NCBI GenBank assembly: GCA_018820085.1 | Contig: JAHJOV010000020.1 | Span: 1-32,036, forward strand | DNA length: 32,036 nucleotides | DNA from: Patescibacteria group bacterium | GTDB lineage: Bacteria > Patescibacteriota > Minisyncoccia > Portnoybacterales > UBA2143 | Reading direction: 5' to 3' | In this document: piece by piece, positions 1-9,061 of the stretch | Layout: every line of letters starts with the position of its first letter | How positions within the stretch are numbered: the stretch's first letter is position 1 | The notes under the pieces: generated by a model | The model's database searches: none | What the model was told of the DNA's origin: nothing | Seen by the model: the letters and a program-made list of their open reading frames with translations, nothing else | Position numbers and translations under genes: made by a program

Positions 1-1
1 A

Positions 2-685
2 TACAAAGAAAAAATTAAAAGAATAATGACTACTCCCGAAATGAGAAGAATGCTTAGCAGAAGAGCAAAGAAACAATGGGAAAATGAAGAATATAAGCAG
101 TATATGACTAAAAAGTTTTTAGAATTTTATAACAACTCTCCAGAATATAGAAAAAAGAATAATGAATTATTAAATAAAGTTCAAAAAGAATATTGGTCTA
201 AAAAAGAAAACAGAATAAAACAAGCTAAAAAGGTTAAGAAATATTTTGAATTACATCCAGAAAAAAGAGAAGAATATTCTTTATTATCAAAACAGCAATG
301 GCAAGATTTAGAATTATTAGCTTGGCGTAAACAAAAAACAAGAGAACAGTGGACAGATGATTTTAGAATAAAAAGAAGAAAAGCCCTAAACAAAACCTAC
401 CATAAGAAGACAGTTGAATTTTTGAAAGGCGTTTATGAGCAGTATGGTAATTTTGAAAAATACGATATTTTGAGAGTTGAGACAAAAGATCATTCTCTTT
501 TGAAGTTTTCAACATTTTGTGAGATGTTTTTTAACGGGAATAAAAAGAATGCTTATGAGGCCGTAAGGAAATATAATCATAAAATTAAAAAGATAATCAG
601 GGTTAGAAAAAAAATAGATGTCTATGATTTAGAAGTAGAGAAAACCCATAATTTTGCTCTGTCTTCTGGGATTTTTGTTCATAAC
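2..685 (+). mobile_element. Intein in GyrB (C-terminal portion; N-terminal splice junction lies upstream of the window)
   Basis: Block F/G motif [22 protein letters not shown] ending in His-Asn (680-685), followed by Ser+1 (686-688) of SAKQGR. The preceding ~190 aa are not GyrB-like. Confidence 0.95.
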
Positions 686-1297
686 AGCGCAAAACAGGGA
701 AGAGATAGAAAATTTCAGGCTATTCTTCCTTTAAGAGGTAAGGTTCTTAATGTTGAAAAGGCGCGATTAGATAAAGCTTTAACTTCCAAGGAAATCAGAG
801 CTCTAATTATTGCTTTGGGTACAGCTATTGCCGAAGAGTTTGATATTAGTAAATTACGTTATCATGCGATTATTATTATGGCTGATGCTGATGTTGATGG
901 TTCTCATATTAGAACTTTGCTTTTAACACTCTTTTTCCGTTATTTTCCAGAAATTATTAATCAAGGTCATCTATATATTGCTCAACCGCCACTCTATCGT
1001 CTTTCTAAGGGGAAAAGATCAGAATACGTTTATACTGATGTAGATAAAGATAAAATATTAGTTGAGATGGGTAAAGATGGAGTTAATATTCAGCGTTACA
1101 AAGGTTTAGGTGAAATGAATCCAGGTGAATTATGGGAAACAACTATGAATCCAGCTAATCGAGTTATGAAAAAAGTTTTAGTTGATGACGCTAAGGAAGC
1201 AGATAAAATTTTCGATATTTTAATGGGTAATGAAGTTGCTCCAAGAAAGAAGTTTATTCAAACCCACGCTAAGAAGGTAAAAAATCTAGATGTTTAA
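2..1297 (+). CDS. gyrB: DNA gyrase subunit B, 5'-partial, interrupted by an intein (C-extein begins at 686)
   Basis: Frame is open from base 2. After 686 it reads [25 protein letters not shown], then [22 protein letters not shown] and [21 protein letters not shown], the TOPRIM and C-terminal GyrB motifs. Confidence 0.97.
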   Translation, partial: YKEKIKRIMTTPEMRRMLSRRAKKQWENEEYKQYMTKKFLEFYNNSPEYRKKNNELLNKVQKEYWSKKENRIKQAKKVKKYFELHPEKREEYSLLSKQQWQDLELLAWRKQKTREQWTDDFRIKRRKALNKTYHKKTVEFLKGVYEQYGNFEKYDILRVETKDHSLLKFSTFCEMFFNGNKKNAYEAVRKYNHKIKKIIRVRKKIDVYDLEVEKTHNFALSSGIFVHNSAKQGRDRKFQAILPLRGKVLNVEKARLDKALTSKEIRALIIALGTAIAEEFDISKLRYHAIIIMADADVDGSHIRTLLLTLFFRYFPEIINQGHLYIAQPPLYRLSKGKRSEYVYTDVDKDKILVEMGKDGVNIQRYKGLGEMNPGELWETTMNPANRVMKKVLVDDAKEADKIFDILMGNEVAPRKKFIQTHAKKVKNLDV

Positions 1298-1305
1298 AGC
1301 TAAGA

Positions 1306-1420
1306 TGAGGTCTGACCTCAGCAGAGGTCCGACCTCTGCGGAATGCGGCCTCAGAATTAAGGTCGGACCTTGTTTTGCCGAACCTCTGCTGAGGTGCGGA
1401 CAAAAAAATGTACGACCTTA
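1306..1420. repeat. Family A palindromic repeat cluster
   Basis: Three AGGTCNGACCT cores (1308, 1325, 1360) and a 63-nt imperfect hairpin TAAGGTCGGACCTTGTTTTGCCGAACCTC-TGCT-GAGGTGCGGACAAAAAAATGTACGACCTTA (1358-1420). Near reverse complement of 9935-10060. Confidence 0.95.
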
Positions 1421-1443
1421 CTAAAATGGACATTGGTTAATCC

Positions 1444-1472
1444 TTGACAGTATAATAATATTGGAATAAGAT
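1444..1472 (+). promoter_or_regulatory. Putative sigma70 promoter for secE-nusG-rplK
   Basis: TTGACA (1444-1449), 17-nt spacer, TAAGAT (1467-1472). Confidence 0.6.
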
Positions 1473-1506
1473 AAGGGTAATAGCCCTTGGGGGCTTTTTA
1501 AATACA

Positions 1507-1707
1507 ATGGAGATTAGTCAATTACCTACAAAATTAATCACCTTTTTGAAAGAAGTCCGCATTGAATTAAAGCGGGTGACTTGGCTTACACGTCAAGATA
1601 CTATTAGACAAACTTTAATAGTTATTGGCTTCACCTTAGCCGTAGCTGCTTTTTTGGGTGGTTTGGACTTTTTATTTTCATATTTACTTAATAAGTTTGT
1701 GATTTAA
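1507..1707 (+). CDS. secE: Preprotein translocase subunit SecE
   Basis: FLKEVRIELKRVTWLTR motif plus one TM segment; directly upstream of nusG. Confidence 0.95.
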   Translation: MEISQLPTKLITFLKEVRIELKRVTWLTRQDTIRQTLIVIGFTLAVAAFLGGLDFLFSYLLNKFVI

Positions 1708-1708
1708 T

Positions 1709-2251
1709 ATGCCTAAGCAAATACAACAAGGAAGAAATTGGTATGTTCTCCATACGTATTCTGGTTATGAAGAAGCTGTTGCTCGAAATTTGAAACAGCG
1801 TATTGAGTCTATGAATATGGAGGATAAGATTTTTAGCGTTTTAGTTCCAACTGAGAAAAAGATTAAAATTAAAAAGAGTAAAAGAGTCATTGAAGAAGAA
1901 AAAATCTATCCTGGTTATGTTTTAGTTGAAATGATTGTCACTGATGATTCTTGGTATGTAGTTAGAAATACTCCTCGAGTAACTGGTTTTATTGGCGCTG
2001 GAACAGTACCAACTCCAATTTCTGAAGAAGAAATTAAGTCATTACAAAAGAGAATGGGTGTTGATGAGCCAGAATACAAGATTAATTTTGTTGTTGGTGA
2101 TGGAGTTAAAATTACTGATGGCCCATTTAAGGATTTTGATGGTAAAGTTTCAGAAATTGATGAGAAGCGAGGCAAGATTAAGGTTCTTGTTTCTATGTTT
2201 GGTCGAGAAACACCAGTTGAATTAGATTTTTTGCAAGTAGATAAATTATAA
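1709..2251 (+). CDS. nusG: Transcription termination/antitermination factor NusG
   Basis: [30 protein letters not shown] and [14 protein letters not shown]...[10 protein letters not shown]. Confidence 0.98.
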   Translation: MPKQIQQGRNWYVLHTYSGYEEAVARNLKQRIESMNMEDKIFSVLVPTEKKIKIKKSKRVIEEEKIYPGYVLVEMIVTDDSWYVVRNTPRVTGFIGAGTVPTPISEEEIKSLQKRMGVDEPEYKINFVVGDGVKITDGPFKDFDGKVSEIDEKRGKIKVLVSMFGRETPVELDFLQVDKL

Positions 2252-2252
2252 T

Positions 2253-2675
2253 ATGGCAAAATTAATAAAAACAACTATTAAGTTACAAATTAAAGCTGGA
2301 CAAGCGAATCCGACTCCACCAATTGGTCCGGCTTTAGGTCAACATGGTTTAAATATTCAGGATTTTTGTAGTAGATTTAATGCTGCTACTCAAGAAATGT
2401 CTGGCGATATTATTCCTGTTGAAATTACGGTTTATGAGGATCGAACTTTTGATTTTAGATTAAAAACTCCACCAGCCGTTGATTTGCTTAGAAAGGCAGC
2501 TGGAATTGAAAAGGGTTCTGGAACACCGCATAAGAAAAAAGTTGGTAAAGTAACTAAAGACCAAATTAAACAAATTGCTGAAAAAAAGATGGTTGATTTA
2601 AATGCTTTTAATCCAGAACAAGCTCAAAAAATCATTGAAGGCACGGCAAGGAGTATGGGTGTTGATGTTAAATAA
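2253..2675 (+). CDS. rplK: 50S ribosomal protein L11
   Basis: [23 protein letters not shown]...GTARSMG. Confidence 0.98.
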   Translation: MAKLIKTTIKLQIKAGQANPTPPIGPALGQHGLNIQDFCSRFNAATQEMSGDIIPVEITVYEDRTFDFRLKTPPAVDLLRKAAGIEKGSGTPHKKKVGKVTKDQIKQIAEKKMVDLNAFNPEQAQKIIEGTARSMGVDVK

Positions 2676-2695
2676 TAGAGATTTTGATAATTATT

Positions 2696-2737
2696 TAGAG
2701 CCTTATTGGGTTATTGATCCTTTAGGGCTTTATTTTT
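2696..2737 (+). terminator. Putative intrinsic terminator after rplK
   Basis: TAGAGCCTTA...TAGGGCTTTA stem followed by a T-rich tract. Confidence 0.5.
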
Positions 2738-2785
2738 CAATTTTTTTATTATAGAATGAGATGGGGGAGAAAGAGGTTAAAAAAA

Positions 2786-3331
2786 ATGAAAAAAAGTAAG
2801 AAATTATTGGGAAAAGCAACGAAAAATGTTCCAAAAAAGGTACTGAAAGAAATGATTCTCGAAAAAATAAGTACTTCTTATAAAAGGCCAACTTTTAATG
2901 ATGTTTTGGCTGAAATAGTACTTGCTGTTTCAAAGAGGTCAGTTTGTCTTTTTTATAGCATTGGTACAGTTATTTTTAGAGATAAGCAAGTTTTGTCTTT
3001 AGGTTATAATGGACCATCAAGGGGTGATGTTCATTGTCATAAAGTTGGATGTAGTCGAATAGTCGGAGGTAAACTTAAAAAAGGAGCTGGTATGTGTCGG
3101 GGTAGTCATGCAGAGTTAAATGCTATAGGTAATGCTGCAAATAACGGTATTAATATTAGTGGAGCGAGTATGATTATTTCTTTTAGTCCTTGTAAATCGT
3201 GTGCAAAACAGATAGTAAACCAAAATATTAAAGAAATTTATTATCTTTCTGAGTATAATTTAGATAAAGATGTTGAAAAATATTTAACTCGTCTTGGTGT
3301 TAAGCTTATTCATTATAAAATTAAAAAATAA
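2786..3331 (+). CDS. dCMP deaminase (ComEB-like zinc-dependent deaminase)
   Basis: GYNG, HAELNA and SPCKSC motifs. Start moved to ATG 2786, which has GAGGT upstream (ORF track starts at 2756). Confidence 0.88.
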   Translation: MKKSKKLLGKATKNVPKKVLKEMILEKISTSYKRPTFNDVLAEIVLAVSKRSVCLFYSIGTVIFRDKQVLSLGYNGPSRGDVHCHKVGCSRIVGGKLKKGAGMCRGSHAELNAIGNAANNGINISGASMIISFSPCKSCAKQIVNQNIKEIYYLSEYNLDKDVEKYLTRLGVKLIHYKIKK

Positions 3332-3335
3332 ATAA

Positions 3336-5015
3336 ATGAACGATAAAATAGTAAATTTAATTAAGAATCAAATTGGGTCTAATGGAGAAAAGGGATGGCC
3401 AGTCGTTGCTAGAGATAGAATTTCTTTTCCTTCTTTTTCTGAATTAAGAGTCACTGACGCTAATGTCGGTGTTGCTTTTTTGTGGACGATGAGAGATGCG
3501 ATTATTCCGAAGTTAAAAAAAGAAAATTTAGCTATCGCTGCTAATTTCTATACTCCAGCTGGTATTCAGCCGATGATAAGAAATATTTTAGGAAATCCCT
3601 TTATTAGATATTTTATTTTATTAGGAGAGGAATATTCTTCGAAATCTTCTAATGATCAAGTATCAGATTTGACTAGCGCAAATGCGATAAGAAATTTCTT
3701 TGAAAAAGGAATAGATAATAATAGAAAGATTAAAGGTTTTGAAAACGCTGTTTATTTAGACAAGAATATTCCTATTAAATTAATAGAAAAGGTGAGAAAA
3801 AATGTTGAGTTTATTGATTTAAATAAAAAAATGCCAACGGCTTCTTTAGACAAAAAAATCAAGGAAGCAAACAAGTTAGTCAAGACTTTTAAAGAAAAAG
3901 AACCCTTTATGATACCTCAAGTTTTTGATTATGAGCAAACTGAGGACTCTTTTCCTTATGAAGGAGGGCCTATTATTGTTTATGGAGGAAATATTCCTGA
4001 AGCTTGGATAAAGATGATCAGTAATATTTATCGATACGGGAGAAAAAATTTAATGAATGCTAATACAGATAGATGGGTTAAGGAAATAAATGATATGACG
4101 GTGGTTATTCATAATCCTCAAGATATGGATTTATCAATTAATCCGTTTTTAATTCCTTTAACCAAAGAGAAAATAGAGGCTTATAAAAAGGAAATCCTAT
4201 CTCCTTTATTACCCAAGGGTAAAGCCTATACTTACGGGAATAAGTTAAGAGCCTATTATTATCCTGATCCTGAAAAGATTAAAGAACTTGTTAATACTAA
4301 AGAATATAAGGATTTTGAATTTGGGCAGGGTAAATGGTTGGATAAAAATATTCGTTATAAGAAAGGTTATTGTGAGATTAATCAGGTTAAAGATGCTATT
4401 GATACTTTAAAAAGAGACCCTTATTCAAAAACATGTGTAGCGATAACTTGGCATGTTGCTGATGAATTGATGAGAAAACATAAATCTTCTCCGTGTTTAG
4501 TGTTTTTACAGGTATTAGTTCAAGATGAAAAATTGAATTTAACTGTATTTTTCAGAAGTCATGATATGACACAGGGTTGGCCTGAAAATGCTTATGGTTG
4601 TGCTGCAATTCAAGAAGAAATTGCTAAAGGTATTGGAGTTGATTCTGGTCTGTTAACTATTATTTCTGGAAGTGCTCAGATCTATAATAATTATTATCAG
4701 CAAGTTGAAGGAATGTTAAAAAAATATAAGAATGTAATGAAAAGGACCTGTCATGATAAAAGAGGAAATTATCAGATTAAAATTGAAAAAAATAAAATCA
4801 TTGTAACTTTACTCCATCCTGAAACTGGGGTGGAGTTGGAAAAATACTCTGGAAAAACAGCATATGATTTAAGAGATAAAATAGCTTCGATATCTTCTTT
4901 AAATACTAATCATGCAATTTATTTAGGAACAGAATTAGCAATTGCCGAAATGTGTCTTAAAAAGAAAAGGTCATATAATCAAGATTCAACTTTCAAAACA
5001 AGTAATTTGTTTTAA
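3336..5015 (+). CDS. Thymidylate synthase-family fusion: MtrA-like N-domain, ThyA core, DUF4346-like C-domain
   Basis: ThyA motifs YTYGNKLR, SSPCL (catalytic Cys), FRSHD, GWPEN, SAQIY. N-terminal GIQPMIRNILGNPFIRYFILLGEE resembles MtrA. C-terminal DKRGNYQI...HAIYLGTELAIAEMCL...YNQD resembles DUF4346. Confidence 0.8.
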   Translation: MNDKIVNLIKNQIGSNGEKGWPVVARDRISFPSFSELRVTDANVGVAFLWTMRDAIIPKLKKENLAIAANFYTPAGIQPMIRNILGNPFIRYFILLGEEYSSKSSNDQVSDLTSANAIRNFFEKGIDNNRKIKGFENAVYLDKNIPIKLIEKVRKNVEFIDLNKKMPTASLDKKIKEANKLVKTFKEKEPFMIPQVFDYEQTEDSFPYEGGPIIVYGGNIPEAWIKMISNIYRYGRKNLMNANTDRWVKEINDMTVVIHNPQDMDLSINPFLIPLTKEKIEAYKKEILSPLLPKGKAYTYGNKLRAYYYPDPEKIKELVNTKEYKDFEFGQGKWLDKNIRYKKGYCEINQVKDAIDTLKRDPYSKTCVAITWHVADELMRKHKSSPCLVFLQVLVQDEKLNLTVFFRSHDMTQGWPENAYGCAAIQEEIAKGIGVDSGLLTIISGSAQIYNNYYQQVEGMLKKYKNVMKRTCHDKRGNYQIKIEKNKIIVTLLHPETGVELEKYSGKTAYDLRDKIASISSLNTNHAIYLGTELAIAEMCLKKKRSYNQDSTFKTSNLF

Positions 5016-5016
5016 C

Positions 5017-6282
5017 ATGAACAAAGACAAAAATTGGAGATTATTGGAGAAAAACGACAAACAAATATACAAAGCGATTATTGGAGAGGAGAAGCGTCAG
5101 CAAAAAGGAATTGAATTAATTCCTTCGGAAAACTATACTTATCCAGAGGTTTTGGCGGCTAATGGTTCTATTTTGACTAATAAGTATTCGGAAGGATATC
5201 CCAAGAAAAGATATTATGGAGGACAGAAATATACTGATATAGTAGAACAATTGGCTATTGATCGAGCTAAAAAAGTTTTTAAATGTGAGCATGCTAATGT
5301 TCAGCCTTTGTCTGGTTCTCCTATGAATCAGGCAGTTTATTTCGCTTTTTTAAAGCCGGGTGATACGATTTTAGGTATGGATTTATCTCATGGCGGTCAT
5401 CTAACTCATGGAGCGCCTGTTTCTCATATGGGTCAGATTTTTAATTTTATTCGATATAAGACCGATCCAGAGAATAAAGGGAAAATAGACTTTAAGGAAT
5501 TAATGAAAATTGCTAAAAAGCATAAGCCCAAGATTGTTCTTTGCGGATATACTTCTTATCCTCGGGATATTGATTATGCTGGTTTCAAGAAAGTAGCTCA
5601 AGCAGTTGGGGCTATAACCATGGCTGATGTTGCCCATATTGGTGGATTGATTGCTGGTGGTGTTATGAATAATCCTTTTGATTATAGTTTTGATATTGTT
5701 ACCACCACAACACACAAGAGCTTGAGGGGTCCTCGGGGCGGTTTAATTCTATGCAAGGAAAAGTTTGCCCAGGCGATTGATAAATCTGTCTTTCCTGGTT
5801 TACAGGGCGGTCCTCATATGCAAACAATCGCTGCTATTGCTATAACTCTTAAAAAAGCAATGCAACCTGAATTTAAAAAATACACTCAACAAATATTAAA
5901 GAATGCTAAAATATTATCCCAAGTATTAATGAAAAATGGAGCCAAATTAATAACTAATGGAACTGATAATCATATGATGGTGATTGATACAATTAAAAGT
6001 TTTAATCTTGATGGAAGAGTAGCTGAGGAAACTTTGGATAAGATTTCTTTAACAGTTAATAAGCAAATTATTCCGGATGATTCGCATCCTCCTTTGCGGC
6101 CAAGCGGTATTCGTTTAGGAACACCAGCGGCTACGACTAGAGGAATGAAGGAAAAGGAAATGGAAATGATTGGTCAATGGATAATTAAGGCCTTGAATAA
6201 TTATAAGGATGATAAGTTTTTAAAAAAACTAAACAAAGAAGTAGAAACAATGTGTTTAAAGTTTAAAGTCCCGGGGATATAA
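5017..6282 (+). CDS. glyA: Serine hydroxymethyltransferase
   Basis: ELIPSENY, NKYSEGYP...YYGG, HGGHLTHG, TTTHKSLRGPRGG (PLP Lys), SGIRLGTPA. First ATG at 5017. Confidence 0.97.
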   Translation: MNKDKNWRLLEKNDKQIYKAIIGEEKRQQKGIELIPSENYTYPEVLAANGSILTNKYSEGYPKKRYYGGQKYTDIVEQLAIDRAKKVFKCEHANVQPLSGSPMNQAVYFAFLKPGDTILGMDLSHGGHLTHGAPVSHMGQIFNFIRYKTDPENKGKIDFKELMKIAKKHKPKIVLCGYTSYPRDIDYAGFKKVAQAVGAITMADVAHIGGLIAGGVMNNPFDYSFDIVTTTTHKSLRGPRGGLILCKEKFAQAIDKSVFPGLQGGPHMQTIAAIAITLKKAMQPEFKKYTQQILKNAKILSQVLMKNGAKLITNGTDNHMMVIDTIKSFNLDGRVAEETLDKISLTVNKQIIPDDSHPPLRPSGIRLGTPAATTRGMKEKEMEMIGQWIIKALNNYKDDKFLKKLNKEVETMCLKFKVPGI

Positions 6283-6283
6283 C

Positions 6284-6377
6284 TTCAGAATTAAGGTCGG
6301 ACCTTGTTTTGCCGGACCTCTGCTGAGGTACGGACAAAACAATGTACGACCTTATCAATACGGACCTTATCAACGCG
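6284..6377. repeat. Family A repeat between glyA and folD
   Basis: TCAGAATTAAGGTCGGACCTTGTTTTGCCGGACCTCTGCTGAGGTACGGACAAAACAATGTACGACCTTA, nearly identical to 1351-1420, followed by GACCTTATCAA tandem units. Confidence 0.95.
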
Positions 6378-6379
6378 AT

Positions 6380-7183
6380 ATGAATATTATAGATGGAAAA
6401 AAAATAGCAGATGGGATTTTGGAAGAGTTGAAGGAAGAAATTGAAGAAAAAGAACTTAAACCTTGTTTAGGTATTATTTTAGTAGGAAATAATCTAGCTT
6501 CTCAGCTATACGTTCAGAAAAAAGAACAAGCTACCCAGAAAGTTGGTATTGAAATTAAAAAGAAAGTTTTAACTCAAAATACTTCAGAAGAAGAAATCTT
6601 AAAAATTATTAATCAATTTAATCAAGATAATCAAGTTAATGGTATTTTAGTTCAAATGCCTTTACCTGAAGGGATTAATTCAGATAAAATTATTAAAGCA
6701 ATTAATCTAGAAAAAGATGTTGATGGGTTTTTGTCAGAAAGTAAGTTTGATTCTCCTTTTATTCTAGCCATAGAACAAGCCCTAAAATCAATTGAGGAGG
6801 ATTTAGATGATAAAAAAACAATTGCTCTGGTTAATTCAGAAGTTTTTGGAGAGAGGTTAGAACATAAATTGAGATTATGTGTTAAAAGTATTCGGGCCAT
6901 CGTATGGCCAAATGTATTCGGCCATCCGATGGCCGAATATGATATTATTATCACTGCTTTAGGCAAACCCCATATAATAAAGGGAGACATGGTTAAATCG
7001 GGTGTTATTTTAATAGATGGCGGAATTAGTAAAAAAGATGGTAAAATAGTAGGAGATGTTGATAGGGAAAGTGTTCAAGAAAAAGCCAGTTGGCTTTCAC
7101 CAGTCCCAGGCGGACTTGGTCCTCTAACAGTCGCTTTTCTTTTGCGAAATGTTATAGGGACGGTAATCAAGGTCGGACCTTAA
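6380..7183 (+). CDS. folD: FolD-family methylenetetrahydrofolate dehydrogenase/cyclohydrolase (divergent)
   Basis: IIDGKKIA, YVQKK, GILVQMPLP, KDVDGF, GDVD, SPVPGGLGPLTV. Confidence 0.9.
   Translation: MNIIDGKKIADGILEELKEEIEEKELKPCLGIILVGNNLASQLYVQKKEQATQKVGIEIKKKVLTQNTSEEEILKIINQFNQDNQVNGILVQMPLPEGINSDKIIKAINLEKDVDGFLSESKFDSPFILAIEQALKSIEEDLDDKKTIALVNSEVFGERLEHKLRLCVKSIRAIVWPNVFGHPMAEYDIIITALGKPHIIKGDMVKSGVILIDGGISKKDGKIVGDVDRESVQEKASWLSPVPGGLGPLTVAFLLRNVIGTVIKVGP
6889..6939 (+). repeat. Family B 51-nt intragenic palindromic element, copy 1 (in folD)
   Basis: TATTCGGGCCATCGTATGGCCAAATGTATTCGGCCATCCGATGGCCGAATA, translated as IRAIVWPNVFGHPMAEY. Confidence 0.95.
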
Positions 7184-7272
7184 AATGCCGAACCTTTCTC
7201 AACGAAAATTTAAAATATGAGGTAATTTAATAAGGTTAGATGGAAAGGTTCGGCATTTTAAGGTCCGACCTT
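7169..7272. repeat. 104-bp MITE-like element with perfect 30-bp terminal inverted repeats (family A cores)
   Basis: AAGGTCGGACCTTAAAATGCCGAACCTTTC (7169-7198) is the exact reverse complement of 7243-7272, with a 44-nt AT-rich spacer. Confidence 0.9.
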
Positions 7273-7281
7273 ATCACGCAG

Positions 7282-8739
7282 ATGGAATACAAAGTAGTCA
7301 TTGGGTTAGAAATACATAGTGAGCTAAAGACAGAGAGCAAAATGTTCTGTGATTGTTTGAATAATCCCGAGGTTCAGGAGGCTAATGTTAATGTTTGTCC
7401 GATTTGCATGGCTCAGCCAGGAAGCTTACCAGTTATTAATCAAAAAGCAGTTGATTTCGTAATTAAAACTGGATTAGCCTTGAATTGTAAGATACCTGAT
7501 AGAGCTAAATTTGATCGTAAAAATTATTTTTATCCTGATTTGCCTAAAGGTTATCAAATCTCCCAATATGATTTGCCTTTAGTATTAGGCGGATCCTTGA
7601 AAATTAACGGTCAGAAAATTAGGATTACCCGAATCCATTTAGAAGAAGATACGGGCAAATTAATTCACCCTCAAGGAAGTAATTATTCTTTAGTTGATTA
7701 TAACCGAGCTGGTGTTCCTTTAATGGAATTAGTAACTGAACCGGATATTGAATCTAGTCAGCAAGCTCGTCAGTTTTGTGAAGAATTACAATTAATCCTT
7801 CGTTATCTAGATGTTTCTGAGGCGAATATGGAAAAAGGTCAGATGCGTTGTGAGGTTAATATTTCTCTTAAATCAGAAAAAGGCGAAATGGGAACTAAGG
7901 TGGAAATTAAAAATCTTAATTCTTTTAGAGCGGTAGAACGTTCTATTGATTATGAGATTAAAAGACAGGCTCAAGTTTTAGATTCAGGCGAAGAAATCAT
8001 TCAGGAAACCAGAGGTTGGGATGAGAATAAGCAAAAAACATTTTCTCAACGAGTCAAGGAAGGATCTAAAGATTACCGTTATTTTCCTGAACCGGATTTA
8101 CCTCCCTTAAACAATCTTTCAAAAGCAAGTTCTGAATTATTAAGTAAAATACCTGAATTGCCTCAAGCTAAGCGAATTAGATTTGAACAAGAATATAAAA
8201 TACCAGTTGATGATATTAATATTTTAGTTAGTAACAAAGGACTATCTGATTATTTTGAACAGGTGGTTTCTGAATTAAATACTTGGTTGAAAATTAAATC
8301 AATTGACGATAAACAGCCATTGATAAAACTAACTGTTAATTATCTTTTAACCGAACTACAGAAGCTTTTATTAGATAGTAAGGTAAGTATTAATGATTGC
8401 AAGATTAGTCCAGAAAATTTTGCTGAATTTATTACTTTAATTGAACAGAAGGAAATTTCCAGTTCAGCCGCTCAAACGGTTCTTAAGGAAATGTTTGAAA
8501 CAGGAGTCGATCCTTCTAATATTGTTGAAGAAAAAAGTTTGAAACAGGTTAGTGATGAAGGAGAATTGGATAAGATAATTAAAAAAGTAATTAAGGATAA
8601 TTCTAAGCCAGTAGGTGATTTTAAGGCTGGTAAGGAAAATGCGCTTCAATTTTTAGTCGGACAAGTTATGGCTGCTAGTCGAGGCCAGGCTAATCCTCAA
8701 ATAGTAGAGGAAATCTTAAAAAAGAAATTAAGGAAATAA
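7282..8739 (+). CDS. gatB: Asp-tRNA(Asn)/Glu-tRNA(Gln) amidotransferase subunit B
   Basis: VIGLEIHSELKT, FDRKNYFYPDLPKGYQISQ, RIHLEED, DYNRAGVPLMELVTEP, YRYFPEPDLPP. Start set to ATG 7282 because the 7240 ATG lies inside the repeat. Confidence 0.97.
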   Translation: MEYKVVIGLEIHSELKTESKMFCDCLNNPEVQEANVNVCPICMAQPGSLPVINQKAVDFVIKTGLALNCKIPDRAKFDRKNYFYPDLPKGYQISQYDLPLVLGGSLKINGQKIRITRIHLEEDTGKLIHPQGSNYSLVDYNRAGVPLMELVTEPDIESSQQARQFCEELQLILRYLDVSEANMEKGQMRCEVNISLKSEKGEMGTKVEIKNLNSFRAVERSIDYEIKRQAQVLDSGEEIIQETRGWDENKQKTFSQRVKEGSKDYRYFPEPDLPPLNNLSKASSELLSKIPELPQAKRIRFEQEYKIPVDDINILVSNKGLSDYFEQVVSELNTWLKIKSIDDKQPLIKLTVNYLLTELQKLLLDSKVSINDCKISPENFAEFITLIEQKEISSSAAQTVLKEMFETGVDPSNIVEEKSLKQVSDEGELDKIIKKVIKDNSKPVGDFKAGKENALQFLVGQVMAASRGQANPQIVEEILKKKLRK

Positions 8740-8743
8740 AAAA

Positions 8744-9061
8744 ATGCACGAACAAGAACAAAAAAAACCAAATCTTAATCCTAACCTTAAAATTTATGAA
8801 GAAGGTATTTTTAAGACAACAGATAAAGAGCTTGGTAAAAAAATTAAAGAGAATCAACAGAAAAAAATAACAGAAAAAGGAAGAAAAAAAGTAGAAGATG
8901 CAGTGATTAAAGGTGAATTAAAATTTGGAACAAAATCAGAAAAAGTAAGAAAACCGACATTCGAAGAATACAAAGCTAAACAAAAAACCGAACAAGAAGA
9001 AATGCTTGAAAAAGCAAGAGAAAAATTAAAAGAAAAATACGAAGAAGCAAAAGCAGCTTAG
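8744..9061 (+). CDS. Hypothetical Lys/Glu-rich protein
   Basis: 105-aa ORF starting 4 nt after gatB; overlaps the convergent miaA stop by 4 nt; no recognisable motif. Confidence 0.6.
   Translation: MHEQEQKKPNLNPNLKIYEEGIFKTTDKELGKKIKENQQKKITEKGRKKVEDAVIKGELKFGTKSEKVRKPTFEEYKAKQKTEQEEMLEKAREKLKEKYEEAKAA

Noticed and set aside
26-1297. Treating the 423-aa ORF as a complete novel fusion protein
   Set aside because: The frame is open to the window edge and the N-terminal part ends in an intein splice motif; it is partial gyrB.
1481-1499. Attenuator or riboswitch in the secE leader
   Set aside because: Only a 5-bp stem (AGCCC/GGGCT) with a short T run and no visible alternative structure.
6889-6939. 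TA target-site duplication model for family B
   Set aside because: Counting one TA as a duplication gives a net 49 nt, which would frameshift all three sites; not supported without empty-site alleles.
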